A stretch of DNA of 64,000 nucleotides, from the NCBI GenBank assembly GCA_963843575.1, contig CAWJKZ010000015.1, positions 128,001-192,000 of the forward strand, written 5' to 3'. Source of the stretch: an uncultured Acidobacteriota bacterium. GTDB lineage: Bacteria; Acidobacteriota; UBA6911. The translations under genes and the position numbers were made by a program. The notes under the pieces were generated by a model that saw only the letters and a program-made list of their open reading frames with translations, was not told the origin of the DNA and did not search any database. Shown in pieces: positions 1-8,907 of the stretch (the first letter of the stretch is position 1; each line of letters begins with the position of its first letter).

Positions 1-1
1 C

Positions 2-271
2 AATCCCGGAGACGGGATGGGGTTGCGGGGGTCGGCCGGTGTCACCGTGATTGCCCCGGATGGAACCACGGCCGACGCGCTGGCTACCGCGCTGAGCGTG
101 ATGCCGGTCGCGGATGGTATGAGGTTAGTAGAATCGATGGAGGGGGTCTCCGCCGCTGTCGTGAGGCGAAGCGACGGCGTGTTGAGGCGCACCTCCTCGA
201 AGCGGTTCCCGAAGGCGGCGGGCGTTCGACCCGCACTGCGCGAGAGCGCCACCGCCTCCGGGCGGCGCTGA
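2..271 (+). CDS. apbE: FAD:protein FMN transferase (ApbE family), C-terminal part; 5' end outside the window
   Basis: NPGDGMG...VTVIAPDGTTADALATALSVM matches the ApbE C-terminal motif (DPxTG...SVTVIAxxxxxADALxTA); frame is open to the window edge. Confidence 0.8.
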   Translation, partial: NPGDGMGLRGSAGVTVIAPDGTTADALATALSVMPVADGMRLVESMEGVSAAVVRRSDGVLRRTSSKRFPKAAGVRPALRESATASGRR

Positions 272-341
272 TTACATATACGCTCACCGGCTCAGGGCGA
301 ACGCGCGCTGCGCCCTCCGGCTTGAACACAGGTTGTCCCCG

Positions 342-1898
342 ATGAGTCTTAATCCCGAAAAGAAGAAAGCACGACGCAAGTCCCGTTTCCTGTTTCTCGC
401 CGGCATGGTCATCGGCGTGGCCGCCATCCTTGGGGCAAAAGCAGGCGTAGACTACAGCTCGACAGACAAATTCTGCGACCAGTTATGCCATTCGCACCCC
501 CATGCGACCCAGACGTGGATCAAGTCGACCCACTTCACGACGAAGAGCGGCGTCGTGACACACTGCGTGGACTGCCACCTGCCGGGCGGCGGCATTGAGT
601 ACTACACCGAGAAGGCGCGTCTGGGCCTGCACGACGCCTACGGCAAGCTGTTCAAAGACCCCGCCAAACTCGACTGGATTTCGAAGCGCAGCATCGAGGC
701 GGCCTCCGACTTCACCTACGACTCGGCGTGCGTCCGCTGCCATCAGAATCTGTTCAGCGCCAAGCTCACAAAGAAAGGCGTGGACGGCCACCTGCACTAT
801 CAGCGTGCGAAAGAGTCGCTGCGCTGCATCAGCTGTCATCTGACCGCAGGGCACTATCGGGACAAGAAGGCCGACGAAGGAGTGGAGGCCGGCGAGGACC
901 TGTTCGACCTGACTGCCTACCCGGAAAAGATCGAAGGGTTCAAGGGTTACACGGAGGTGCTTCCCGGAACGCCGGTGAAGTTCGAGATGGTGGCCGTGCC
1001 CGGCGGGTCTTTCCAGATGGGGAGCCCCGACACGGAGCCGTATCGCCGGGTGGACGAAGGCCCCCAGCGGACGGTCAAGCTGAGCCCGTTCTGGATCGGG
1101 CGCACGGAAGTGCGCTGGCGCGAGTGGGAGGTTTTCTACGCTCAGCGCGGCGTCGCCGGCAAGAATGATTCGGACTACGATCCCAACAAGGCGGTGTCCG
1201 GCCCCACCCCCCCATACGGTTCGCCCGACCAGGGTTGGGGGCGCGGTTCGCGGCCGGTCATCACCATGACCCACCATGCGGCAACGGTCTACTGCGAGTG
1301 GCTTACCTCGGTGACGGGCAAGAAATTCCGCCTGCCGACCGAGGCGGAGTGGGAATACGCCTGCCGGGCAGGCACCACGACGCCGTATTTCTTCCCCGGC
1401 GACCCGTCCAGGTTTACCGCCCACACCTGGTGGAACCGGCTGGTCGGCGCCAAGTTGACGCCGATCGGCGACTATGCCCGCTTTGCGGGCACAAGCCGCA
1501 TGCGGACGTTCCCCCCGAGCGCGAGCAAACCCAACCCGTGGGGCATCGTCAACATGCTCGGGAACGTGCGCGAGTTCTGCCTGGATTGGTACGACGCCAA
1601 GGCGTACGGCAAGTACCCGGCTTCCGGGGTCGAGAATCCGCGCGGTCCCGAAGAAGGAAAGGAACACGTCGTCCGCGGCGGATCGTACAAGTCCGACGCC
1701 GCGGACCTCCGCTCGGCCGCACGCGATTTCACGCGTCACGACCGGTGGATGGTCACCGACCCTCAGTCCCCCAAGAGCATCTGGTGGTATTCGGACTGCA
1801 CGGATGTCGGGTTCCGCGTTGTGCGCGAGTATGAACCCGGAGAAATACCGGGAGGGCCGAAGCCCGCCGCGGTCCAGACGGTTGCGCAGGGCAACTGA
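342..1898 (+). CDS. NapC/NirT-type membrane-anchored tetraheme cytochrome c fused to an FGE-sulfatase (SUMF1-like) domain
   Basis: N-terminal TM helix; heme motifs CDQLCH, CVDCH, CVRCH, CISCH; C-terminal FQMGS...EGPQRTV...RLPTEAEWEYACRAG...NMLGNVREFC...RGGS...VGFRVV. Confidence 0.85.
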   Translation: MSLNPEKKKARRKSRFLFLAGMVIGVAAILGAKAGVDYSSTDKFCDQLCHSHPHATQTWIKSTHFTTKSGVVTHCVDCHLPGGGIEYYTEKARLGLHDAYGKLFKDPAKLDWISKRSIEAASDFTYDSACVRCHQNLFSAKLTKKGVDGHLHYQRAKESLRCISCHLTAGHYRDKKADEGVEAGEDLFDLTAYPEKIEGFKGYTEVLPGTPVKFEMVAVPGGSFQMGSPDTEPYRRVDEGPQRTVKLSPFWIGRTEVRWREWEVFYAQRGVAGKNDSDYDPNKAVSGPTPPYGSPDQGWGRGSRPVITMTHHAATVYCEWLTSVTGKKFRLPTEAEWEYACRAGTTTPYFFPGDPSRFTAHTWWNRLVGAKLTPIGDYARFAGTSRMRTFPPSASKPNPWGIVNMLGNVREFCLDWYDAKAYGKYPASGVENPRGPEEGKEHVVRGGSYKSDAADLRSAARDFTRHDRWMVTDPQSPKSIWWYSDCTDVGFRVVREYEPGEIPGGPKPAAVQTVAQGN

Positions 1899-1993
1899 CC
1901 CCGTCACCGCGGCGGGGAGGGTGAGATTTTTGTCCCGGGGTTTGCCGAACTGCGGTACAGTGCATTGATCTGTCATTATCCGAGGAGGCAGGA

Positions 1994-3346
1994 ATGAAAG
2001 AGGACTTCAGTCGTCGAGACTTTTTTGGGGCGGCTGCCGTAGCCGGCGCCGGCCTCGTCATGGCTTCATGTGCTCAAAAGAAGACTTTCCCAAAGATGAC
2101 CTTTACGGACAAGGCACCGGACGGCCCCGTCCTGAAGGCCGGATTGGTCGGCTGCGGCGGCAGGGGCACGGGTGCGGCCGAGAATTTTCTCAAGGCCGGC
2201 CCCAATCTCCAGGTGGTCGCTCTGGCCGACATGTTCCAGGACCGGATCGACAAGTGCAAGACACGCCTCGAGAGCAAGTATCAGCAGAAGATCGCCCCCG
2301 AGCGGACATACCTCGGGTTCGACGCCTACAAGAAGCTGATCGATTCCGAAGTCGACATCGTCCTGCTGGCTGCTCCGCCGCACTTCCGCCCCATCCACTT
2401 CGATTATGCGGTGGAAGCGAAGAAACACGTCTTCGCCGAGAAACCGGTCGGAGTCGACCCGGTGGGCATCCGCGCGCTGATGGCTTCGGGCGAAAAGGCG
2501 AAGGCCTACAACCTCAACGTTGTGACCGGCACGCAGCGCCGGCACCAGCGCCAGTACCTCGAGAACTACAGCCACGTCAGCAACGGCGCCATCGGCAAGA
2601 TCCTCGCTGCCCGCTGCTACTGGAACCAGGGCCAGCTCTGGTACAAGCAGCGCCAGAAGGAGTGGAGCGACATGGAAGCCATGCTGCGCGACTGGGTCAA
2701 CTGGACATGGCTCTCCGGCGACCACATCGTCGAGCAGCACGTGCACAACATCGACGTCATCGCCTGGTTCATGGGCGCTCACCCGGTCAAGGCCGTGTCG
2801 ATGGGCGGACGCATGCGGCGCGTGACCGGCGACCAGTTCGACTTCTTCTCGACCGACTTCACGTTCGAGAACGGCGTGCACCTGCTCAGCCAGTGCCGCC
2901 AGATCGACGGCTGCGACAACGAAATCTCCGAGTACCTGGTCGGCACCGAAGGCTCCACCAACTGCAGGGGCACGATCTGGGACAAGGAAGGCAAGATAGT
3001 GTGGCAGTTCCAGGAAGCCGCGAAGGAACAGGAGACCCCTGGACAGGTCACCATGCTGGATCCCGAAAAGTCCGACGTCTCGCCCTATGATCAGGAGCAC
3101 GTCGACCTGGTCACCGCAATCCGGACGAACAAGCCGATCAACGAGGCCGAGAGCACGGCCAAGTCGACCCTGACCGCAATAATGGGCCGCATTTCGGCCT
3201 ACACCGGCAAGGAAACGACCTGGGAGCAGATGATGTCCCTGGATCTGAAGCTCGGGCCCGCCGAATATGCCATGGGCCCGATCCCCACTATCCAGGCGAC
3301 CATTCCGGTCCCCGGCACCAGCAAGGTCGTGCTTCCAGCGGAATAG
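1994..3346 (+). CDS. Tat-exported Gfo/Idh/MocA family oxidoreductase
   Basis: SRRDFF twin-arginine signal; GLVGCGGRGTG Rossmann motif; AEKP; WLSGDHIVEQHVH; RBS GAGGAGG. Confidence 0.9.
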   Translation: MKEDFSRRDFFGAAAVAGAGLVMASCAQKKTFPKMTFTDKAPDGPVLKAGLVGCGGRGTGAAENFLKAGPNLQVVALADMFQDRIDKCKTRLESKYQQKIAPERTYLGFDAYKKLIDSEVDIVLLAAPPHFRPIHFDYAVEAKKHVFAEKPVGVDPVGIRALMASGEKAKAYNLNVVTGTQRRHQRQYLENYSHVSNGAIGKILAARCYWNQGQLWYKQRQKEWSDMEAMLRDWVNWTWLSGDHIVEQHVHNIDVIAWFMGAHPVKAVSMGGRMRRVTGDQFDFFSTDFTFENGVHLLSQCRQIDGCDNEISEYLVGTEGSTNCRGTIWDKEGKIVWQFQEAAKEQETPGQVTMLDPEKSDVSPYDQEHVDLVTAIRTNKPINEAESTAKSTLTAIMGRISAYTGKETTWEQMMSLDLKLGPAEYAMGPIPTIQATIPVPGTSKVVLPAE

Positions 3347-3436
3347 CTGAAAAGCAGGTTTTGGGTGTTGGGTTTTGGCAGAGATGCCTGAACCCAACAC
3401 CCGCCCTCGAAGTCTCAAATACAACTGCAACAACCT

Positions 3437-3506
3437 GCCACGGAAACCACGGAATACACCAAGTCTCAAATGTCAGTATTCCCTGTTCTTCCGTGTCTTC
3501 CGTGGC
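3437..3506. repeat. Palindromic intergenic repeat, family C (GCCACGGAAnnCACGGAA...TTCCGTGnnTTCCGTGGC)
   Basis: Imperfect inverted repeat between convergent genes; related copies at 12749-12810, 31009-31030, 40612-40663. Confidence 0.7.
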
Positions 3507-3579
3507 GAGTTTTTACCTGTGTGGGCGAATCCCTTCCGGGAAACACCAACACCCAGAACCCAGTCCCCACCCCCCACCT

Positions 3580-4449
3580 TTAATGCACCCAGCGTCCGAT
3601 CCCGTGCGTCAGGCGCGAGAAGGATTTCCTGGCCGAGGCCGGGATGTCCGGGATCATTCCCGACAGGGTACTCAGGTCGGGCAAGGATGGGACCATCCTG
3701 CGCCATCGTGGGGCCGGGGTGCGGTAACGAAGCGCCATCCTGGCGCCGTAGTATGCCAGCGCGCCGGCCGCGGTTCCGGCAAGCGCACGGTTTTCGGGAG
3801 ACCATCGACGCAGCCGTCCGAAGTCGTACGAAGGCATGCGGCGCATCACCCTGTCCCAACGCGAAACTGGTTTGTGCCGCTCCAGCGCGTAACGCACGCC
3901 GTAGTACGTTCCGATCCCGCCGGCCGTGAGTCCGAGAACCCTCCACGCCCGCGGCATTCCTCCCGGTACGCGCCGGCGGTGGCGCCGGTGTCCCTTCAGT
4001 GCCGGGGCGTTGTCGGCGGAATCGTGCACGGAGATTCTGTTTTCCGCACTTGTCACGCCAGGGGTACGGGCCACCTCGGTCATAAGGTCGTCGACTTCGT
4101 CCCTCAGGATATCGCCGGTCAGGATGACACTGCCGCCCTGGGCATTGACCGAGATGGCGGACGGGTACGACACCACGTGTCCAATCCGTGACCGGACTCT
4201 CGCTTCCAGAACGCTGTCGTCGCCAACCCCTTCCTGTCCTGCCACGCCCACACTGGCCAGGGTGCCCTGTGCCCGGTTGCCGATGTCTCTGGCGGTTGCG
4301 TCCAGTGCCCTGTGCCCCTTCCTCCACCAACTCGAAATCTTGTCGCGCACAAGCGCACGTCTGCGTCGCCCCGCTGCCGGGTCCAGGAAATACATGACGA
4401 CGCCTGCGCCAAGGCCTACTCCGCCCAACAGTGCAATTTTCCGGTTCAT
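3580..4449 (-). CDS. BON-domain membrane protein
   Basis: [38 protein letters not shown]-terminus; BON domain DDSVLEARVRSRIG...GVTSAENRI; GGAGG RBS before ATG at 4449. Confidence 0.8.
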   Translation of the reverse strand: MNRKIALLGGVGLGAGVVMYFLDPAAGRRRRALVRDKISSWWRKGHRALDATARDIGNRAQGTLASVGVAGQEGVGDDSVLEARVRSRIGHVVSYPSAISVNAQGGSVILTGDILRDEVDDLMTEVARTPGVTSAENRISVHDSADNAPALKGHRRHRRRVPGGMPRAWRVLGLTAGGIGTYYGVRYALERHKPVSRWDRVMRRMPSYDFGRLRRWSPENRALAGTAAGALAYYGARMALRYRTPAPRWRRMVPSLPDLSTLSGMIPDIPASARKSFSRLTHGIGRWVH

Positions 4450-4624
4450 GGCTGCTCCTCCTTGAGTGACACAGAAAACCCCGCCCCCGAGAGAGCAATT
4501 TCTGGCCCACGCGCGCCGAAAGCGGAACGGCTGCAGGTGCAATCACCTCCGGGGGCGCCGGTCGCGAAGCGGCTCCTGAGTTAAGGGGAGTTCCTCCCTG
4601 GCGGGACCCAAACAAATGGTAACC

Positions 4625-4711
4625 TGGAGTTTGGCGCCTCGGCGCCACGCCGAATTGCGAGATGCGACCCTGCGACCTCGTCCTTTGGTGGCGCCGAGCC
4701 GCCGCACTTCA
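4625..4711. repeat. REP-like inverted repeat, family B (TGGAGTGCGGC...GCCGCACTCCA), degenerate copy
   Basis: tggagtttggcgcc ... gagccgccgcacttca; matches cleaner copies at 52615 and 56797. Confidence 0.55.
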
Positions 4712-4772
4712 TAACTGCGTCACTACTTCCGCCTCACTTTATAAGGATCTGAAAGGAAGCGAAAGCATTCGT

Positions 4773-4802
4773 TTGACTCGGGGGGGACGTTCATCGTTTA
4801 AT
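4773..4802 (+). promoter_or_regulatory. Candidate sigma70 promoter for the Gfo/TIM-barrel pair
   Basis: TTGACT-N18-TTTAAT about 90 bp upstream of ATG 4895. Confidence 0.3.
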
Positions 4803-4894
4803 AGGTGCGAGCTGGCACGAACTTTCGTTATGATAGCTCCCACTTGAGCCGCTGCGTCCGGAGGATTCCGCGCAGGGCAGGAAAGGTTAAGGAC

Positions 4895-6094
4895 ATGAAA
4901 CGACGCTTTGATCTTACCAGGCGCGAGTTCATCCTGTCGTCAGCAGCGGCAGGGACCGCGGCCACCATTACCATCGTCAAACCCGAATCGGTTCGGGGCA
5001 CGCAGGCCAACAGTGCCATCACCCTCGGCTGGGTCGGCCTGGGCGGTCGCGGCACCGCCGATGCCAAGGGGCTCGCGGCTGCCGGCGCCCGGATCACGGC
5101 GCTGGGCGACGTGTTCCAGGAGCGGATTGACGCGGCGCGCAAGATTTTCACCGTCGACGACAGCATGTGTTTCACCGGTTTCGATGCCTACAAGAGAGTC
5201 TGTGACCAGAAAGTCGACGCCGTGATGCTGGTGACGCCGCCGGGATTCAGGCCCGACGAGTTCAGGACGGCGGTGGAGGCAGGCAAGCACATTTTCGCCG
5301 AGAAGCCGCTGGCGGTGGACGCCTGGGGCTGCCGGGACGTGCTGGCGAACGGCGAGAAGGCGAAGACGAAGAAGTTGAGCGTGGTGGTTGGGCTGCAGCG
5401 GCGCTACAGCACAGCCTACCAGGAGGCGCAGAAACTCATCGCCGGCGGAAGGCTGGGCACCATAGTCACGGCGCGCGGATTCTATCTGACCGGCGACGTG
5501 TGGAAAGGGAGAACCTGGCCGCGCGCCGACTTCCCTTCCGAGCAGCACTGGATGGCTCGGAACTGGTATTATTTCAGGGCGCTGTCGGGCGACCTGATCA
5601 CGGAACAGAACATACACAACCTGGATGCGCTCAACTGGGTCCTGGGATCGCACCCGGACCGTTGCGTCGGCTACGGCGGGCGCAAGTGGCGCAAATACAT
5701 CGGAGACATCTTCGATCACTTCAACGTCACCTATGAGTACCCCGGGGGCGTACACCTGACCTTCATGTCGGGCCAGTTCGCCACGCTGCACGACAGTTCG
5801 GAGCAAGTCCTGGGCACCGATGGCACCTTCATGACGACCGGCGGGATGCGCATCGAGGGTAAGGACCCGTGGAAGTACGAAGGCGATAGCGACTCCAACA
5901 AGAACGAGTGGGAAGCGTTCGTCAACAGCGTCAAGAACGGCCAGCCCCGTGCCGACACGGCTCACGCCGTCGACGGCACGTTCACCACGATCCTGGGCCG
6001 GGAAGCCGCCTACACCCGTAAAGAGGTTGAGTGGACGAAGCTCTGGGAAAAGAACGAGAAACTGGAGCGCAAGGCCTATCCGGTGGCGACCTAG
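4895..6094 (+). CDS. Tat-exported Gfo/Idh/MocA family oxidoreductase
   Basis: TRREFI signal; GWVGLGGRG; AEKPLA; RNWYYFRALSGDLITEQNIH. Confidence 0.9.
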   Translation: MKRRFDLTRREFILSSAAAGTAATITIVKPESVRGTQANSAITLGWVGLGGRGTADAKGLAAAGARITALGDVFQERIDAARKIFTVDDSMCFTGFDAYKRVCDQKVDAVMLVTPPGFRPDEFRTAVEAGKHIFAEKPLAVDAWGCRDVLANGEKAKTKKLSVVVGLQRRYSTAYQEAQKLIAGGRLGTIVTARGFYLTGDVWKGRTWPRADFPSEQHWMARNWYYFRALSGDLITEQNIHNLDALNWVLGSHPDRCVGYGGRKWRKYIGDIFDHFNVTYEYPGGVHLTFMSGQFATLHDSSEQVLGTDGTFMTTGGMRIEGKDPWKYEGDSDSNKNEWEAFVNSVKNGQPRADTAHAVDGTFTTILGREAAYTRKEVEWTKLWEKNEKLERKAYPVAT

Positions 6095-6160
6095 ATTCTG
6101 AGGACTTCGGGCCTCCACCGCGGGGGCCCGGGGTCAAACCGATAACAGGAGATACGACAC

Positions 6161-7093
6161 ATGATGAAAAACGTGAATCGCCGCGAGTTCCTGAAAGCCA
6201 CTTCGTCTCTCGCCGTGAGCGGCGCCGTGCTAGGCGCCGGCTTGGCCGTGCGCCCGGAAGCGGCGCCGGCGGCGCCGGCCCCCGGGGCGGGCCCCTGGAA
6301 GGGATTCTGCATCGGCGTCCTCCCGAAGGAGATGAGCGTACTGGACAAGTTCAAGCTGGCCAAGAAGGTCGGCATCGAGGGCATCGAGCCCAACACCCTG
6401 ACAACCCCCGAGGAAGTAGCCGAATACAAGGAAGCAGCCAAAAACACCGGGGTCAAGATTCTCTCGATCATGAACTCGGACCATTGGAAGTTTCCGCTTT
6501 CGGATAACGATCCCGAAGTGGTCAAGAAGAGCATCGACGGCGTGAAGACGTCGCTGAAGAATGCGGCGGAACTGGGAGCCCCCGTCATCCTCCTGGTGCC
6601 AGCGGTGGTCGCCGCGGATGTCCGTTATGCGGACGCCTACACGAGATCGCAGAAGATCATCACGGAGCAGCTGCTCCCGATGGCGAAGGACCTGAAGGTC
6701 ATCATCGGCATCGAAAACGTCGGCAACCGCTTCCTTCTCAGCCCTCTTGAATTCGCCCGCTACGTCGACGAATTTAAAAGCCCCTGGGTCAAGGCCTATT
6801 TCGACGTCGGCAACATCGTTTCGAACGGCTGGCCCCAGGACTGGATTCGCACCCTGGGCCCCAGGCTCTGCAGCATCCACATCAAGAGATTCGAACCGGG
6901 GAAGGATTACCCGAAATACGATCCGGCCGATAGGCGCGGGCAGGGCGTCGGCTGGCCTGAAGTTCGGAGCGCTCTGGCAGAAGTCAAATACACCGGCTGG
7001 ATCACCGCGGAAGTCCGCGGGGGCGACGAGGCCTACCTGACCGAGCTCAGCGCCCGGATGGACAAGATTCTCGCCGGAGACAGCCCCGCCTAG
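6161..7093 (+). CDS. Tat-exported sugar phosphate isomerase/epimerase (AP endonuclease 2 / xylose-isomerase-like TIM barrel)
   Basis: NRREFLK signal; IENVGNRFLLSP, FDVGN, IHIK, TAE metal-binding motifs. Confidence 0.85.
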   Translation: MMKNVNRREFLKATSSLAVSGAVLGAGLAVRPEAAPAAPAPGAGPWKGFCIGVLPKEMSVLDKFKLAKKVGIEGIEPNTLTTPEEVAEYKEAAKNTGVKILSIMNSDHWKFPLSDNDPEVVKKSIDGVKTSLKNAAELGAPVILLVPAVVAADVRYADAYTRSQKIITEQLLPMAKDLKVIIGIENVGNRFLLSPLEFARYVDEFKSPWVKAYFDVGNIVSNGWPQDWIRTLGPRLCSIHIKRFEPGKDYPKYDPADRRGQGVGWPEVRSALAEVKYTGWITAEVRGGDEAYLTELSARMDKILAGDSPA

Positions 7094-7324
7094 GTCACGC
7101 CTGCCCGGGGTTGCTCTCGTTTGTGGGGTTGTCGGGCTTGCCTCTCCCGCTGAGGCGGGCGAAAGCACTGCCCGGCAACCCCTAATCAAGATTTGGCCCC
7201 GGCTCCCCTCTTCCCTTGAAGTGCCCGGGAATGTATTCTCTGTCCCAAGTAGGGTCATAGTATTTCCCGGCAAGCGCAGAGCTTGCTTCCCGTTGAAGGC
7301 CAAGACCGACGCGGAGGTGCACTC

Positions 7325-8560
7325 TTGTCCATCCAGCGGTTTCTTCACGAGACGCTTACCTTAATACTGGCCGGTGGACAGGGGGAGCGACTCTACCCGC
7401 TCACGAAAGACCGCGCGAAGCCGGCGGTCCCGTTCGCGGGGGAATACCGCATCATCGATTTCACGCTCTCCAACTGCGTCAACTCCGGCCTGAAGCGCAT
7501 CTACGTGCTGACCCAGTACATGAGCCACTCCCTCGACCGGCACCTGAAGCTCGGGTGGAACATCCTCGCGACCGCGCTCGACGAATTCCTGTACACCATC
7601 CCCCCGCAATTCAGGACGGGCAACCGCTGGTACCTTGGGACTGCCGACGCGGTCTTCCAGAACGTCTACATCCTGCAAAACGAGCGCCCGTCCCACGTCG
7701 TGATCCTCTCCGGAGATCACATCTACAAGATGGACTACAGCGAGATGATCGAGGCGCACGCGCGCACCGGGGCGCTGTGCACCGTGGCGGTCGTGGAACA
7801 CGACAGGGCGACGGCGAACAGGATGGGGGTGGTCGAGGTCGACGCGGACAACCGCTTCGTGAGCTTCTCGGAGAAGCCGGCCGACCCGAAGCCCATGCCC
7901 GGCCAGCCGGCCGTCGCCTTGGTGAACATGGGGGTGTACGTTTTCGAGACCGCGACCTTGGTCCAGGCCGTGTCGGAGGATTCGCGGCGCGACTCCGCCC
8001 ACGATTTCGGCCAGAACATCCTCCCCTCGCTCATCCGTACGGGCAAGGTTTTCGCGCACCCGTTCCGGGACGAAAACCGCGCACAGGTGAAGTACTGGCG
8101 GGACATCGGCACGTTGGACGCCTACTACGAAGCCAGCATGGACCTGGTCAGGGTCAATCCGTCCTTTAACCTCTACGACCGCAGTTTCCCGATCCGGACC
8201 TTCATGGAGCCGAGGCCTCCGGTGAAGATGGTGTTCGGCGGCCAGGAGGAGGGGCGCGCCGGTATGGCGCTCGATTCGCTGCTCTGCAGCGGCTGCATCA
8301 TCAGCGGAGGACGTGTCGAGCGATCGATCCTCTCGCCCAACGTGCGGATAAACTCCTACTCGCTGGTGCAGGACTCGATCCTGTTCGATTACGTCCAGAT
8401 CGGCCGTCACGCCCGGATCCGCCGCGCCATCATCGACAAGGACGTGCACGTGCCCCCCGGGTTCCAGATCGGCTACGACCCGAAGGAGGACGCGCGCCGC
8501 TTTACCGTGACGGATTCAGGCCTCGTCGTGGTCCCGCGCGGCACCGTTATCGAGGAATAG
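7325..8560 (+). CDS. glgC: Glucose-1-phosphate adenylyltransferase
   Basis: LAGGQGERLYPLTKDRAKPAVPF, GTADAV, SGDHIYKMDY, YWRDIGT; TTG start after GGAGG. Confidence 0.95.
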   Translation: MSIQRFLHETLTLILAGGQGERLYPLTKDRAKPAVPFAGEYRIIDFTLSNCVNSGLKRIYVLTQYMSHSLDRHLKLGWNILATALDEFLYTIPPQFRTGNRWYLGTADAVFQNVYILQNERPSHVVILSGDHIYKMDYSEMIEAHARTGALCTVAVVEHDRATANRMGVVEVDADNRFVSFSEKPADPKPMPGQPAVALVNMGVYVFETATLVQAVSEDSRRDSAHDFGQNILPSLIRTGKVFAHPFRDENRAQVKYWRDIGTLDAYYEASMDLVRVNPSFNLYDRSFPIRTFMEPRPPVKMVFGGQEEGRAGMALDSLLCSGCIISGGRVERSILSPNVRINSYSLVQDSILFDYVQIGRHARIRRAIIDKDVHVPPGFQIGYDPKEDARRFTVTDSGLVVVPRGTVIEE

Positions 8561-8562
8561 AG

Positions 8563-8768
8563 TTAGTACCACATTTCGCAAATACGCTAACGTATTCTCG
8601 GGATGGAGCTGGTCACCGATTGACAACGTGCAGAACGCGGATCTTCCCGGATTTAACGGATTCACGCGGATCGGCCGGGCGCGGCCTGCCACCAGGTAGA
8701 AATCCGCGTGCATCCGCGCAAATCCGCGTCCTGGAAACGTTAGCGTATTTCTGAACACGAGTACTTAG
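8563..8768. mobile_element. MITE-like non-autonomous element (about 205 bp), copy 1
   Basis: Ends TTAGTAC...GTACTTAG; internal 14-bp inverted repeat AAATACGCTAACGT / ACGTTAGCGTATTT; right about 75 bp nearly identical to 17805-17885. Confidence 0.6.
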
Positions 8769-8907
8769 GGTTCGCGCAAGAATGAGTTCACATTTTGGCG
8801 CGAGCCCCAAGCTACAACGTAAATCCCCGAGAATCCGCGGCACTTCCACAATAGCTGGCCTGCTCACTGGTTTCAGGGTAAAGTTGTGGGTTCCCCCGGG
8901 GGTGCGC

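Noticed and set aside
342-900. Nitrate or nitrite respiration (napC/nrfH) locus
   Set aside because: No napA, napB or nrfA in the window and the cytochrome is fused to an unrelated domain
342-1898. FGE domain as maturase for the sulfatase at 41174
   Set aside because: The catalytic cysteine pair is absent, the domain is fused to a cytochrome, and the genes are 40 kb apart
4812-4828. Sigma54 promoter TGGCACGAACTTTCG
   Set aside because: Good -24 element but the -12 GC dinucleotide is missing
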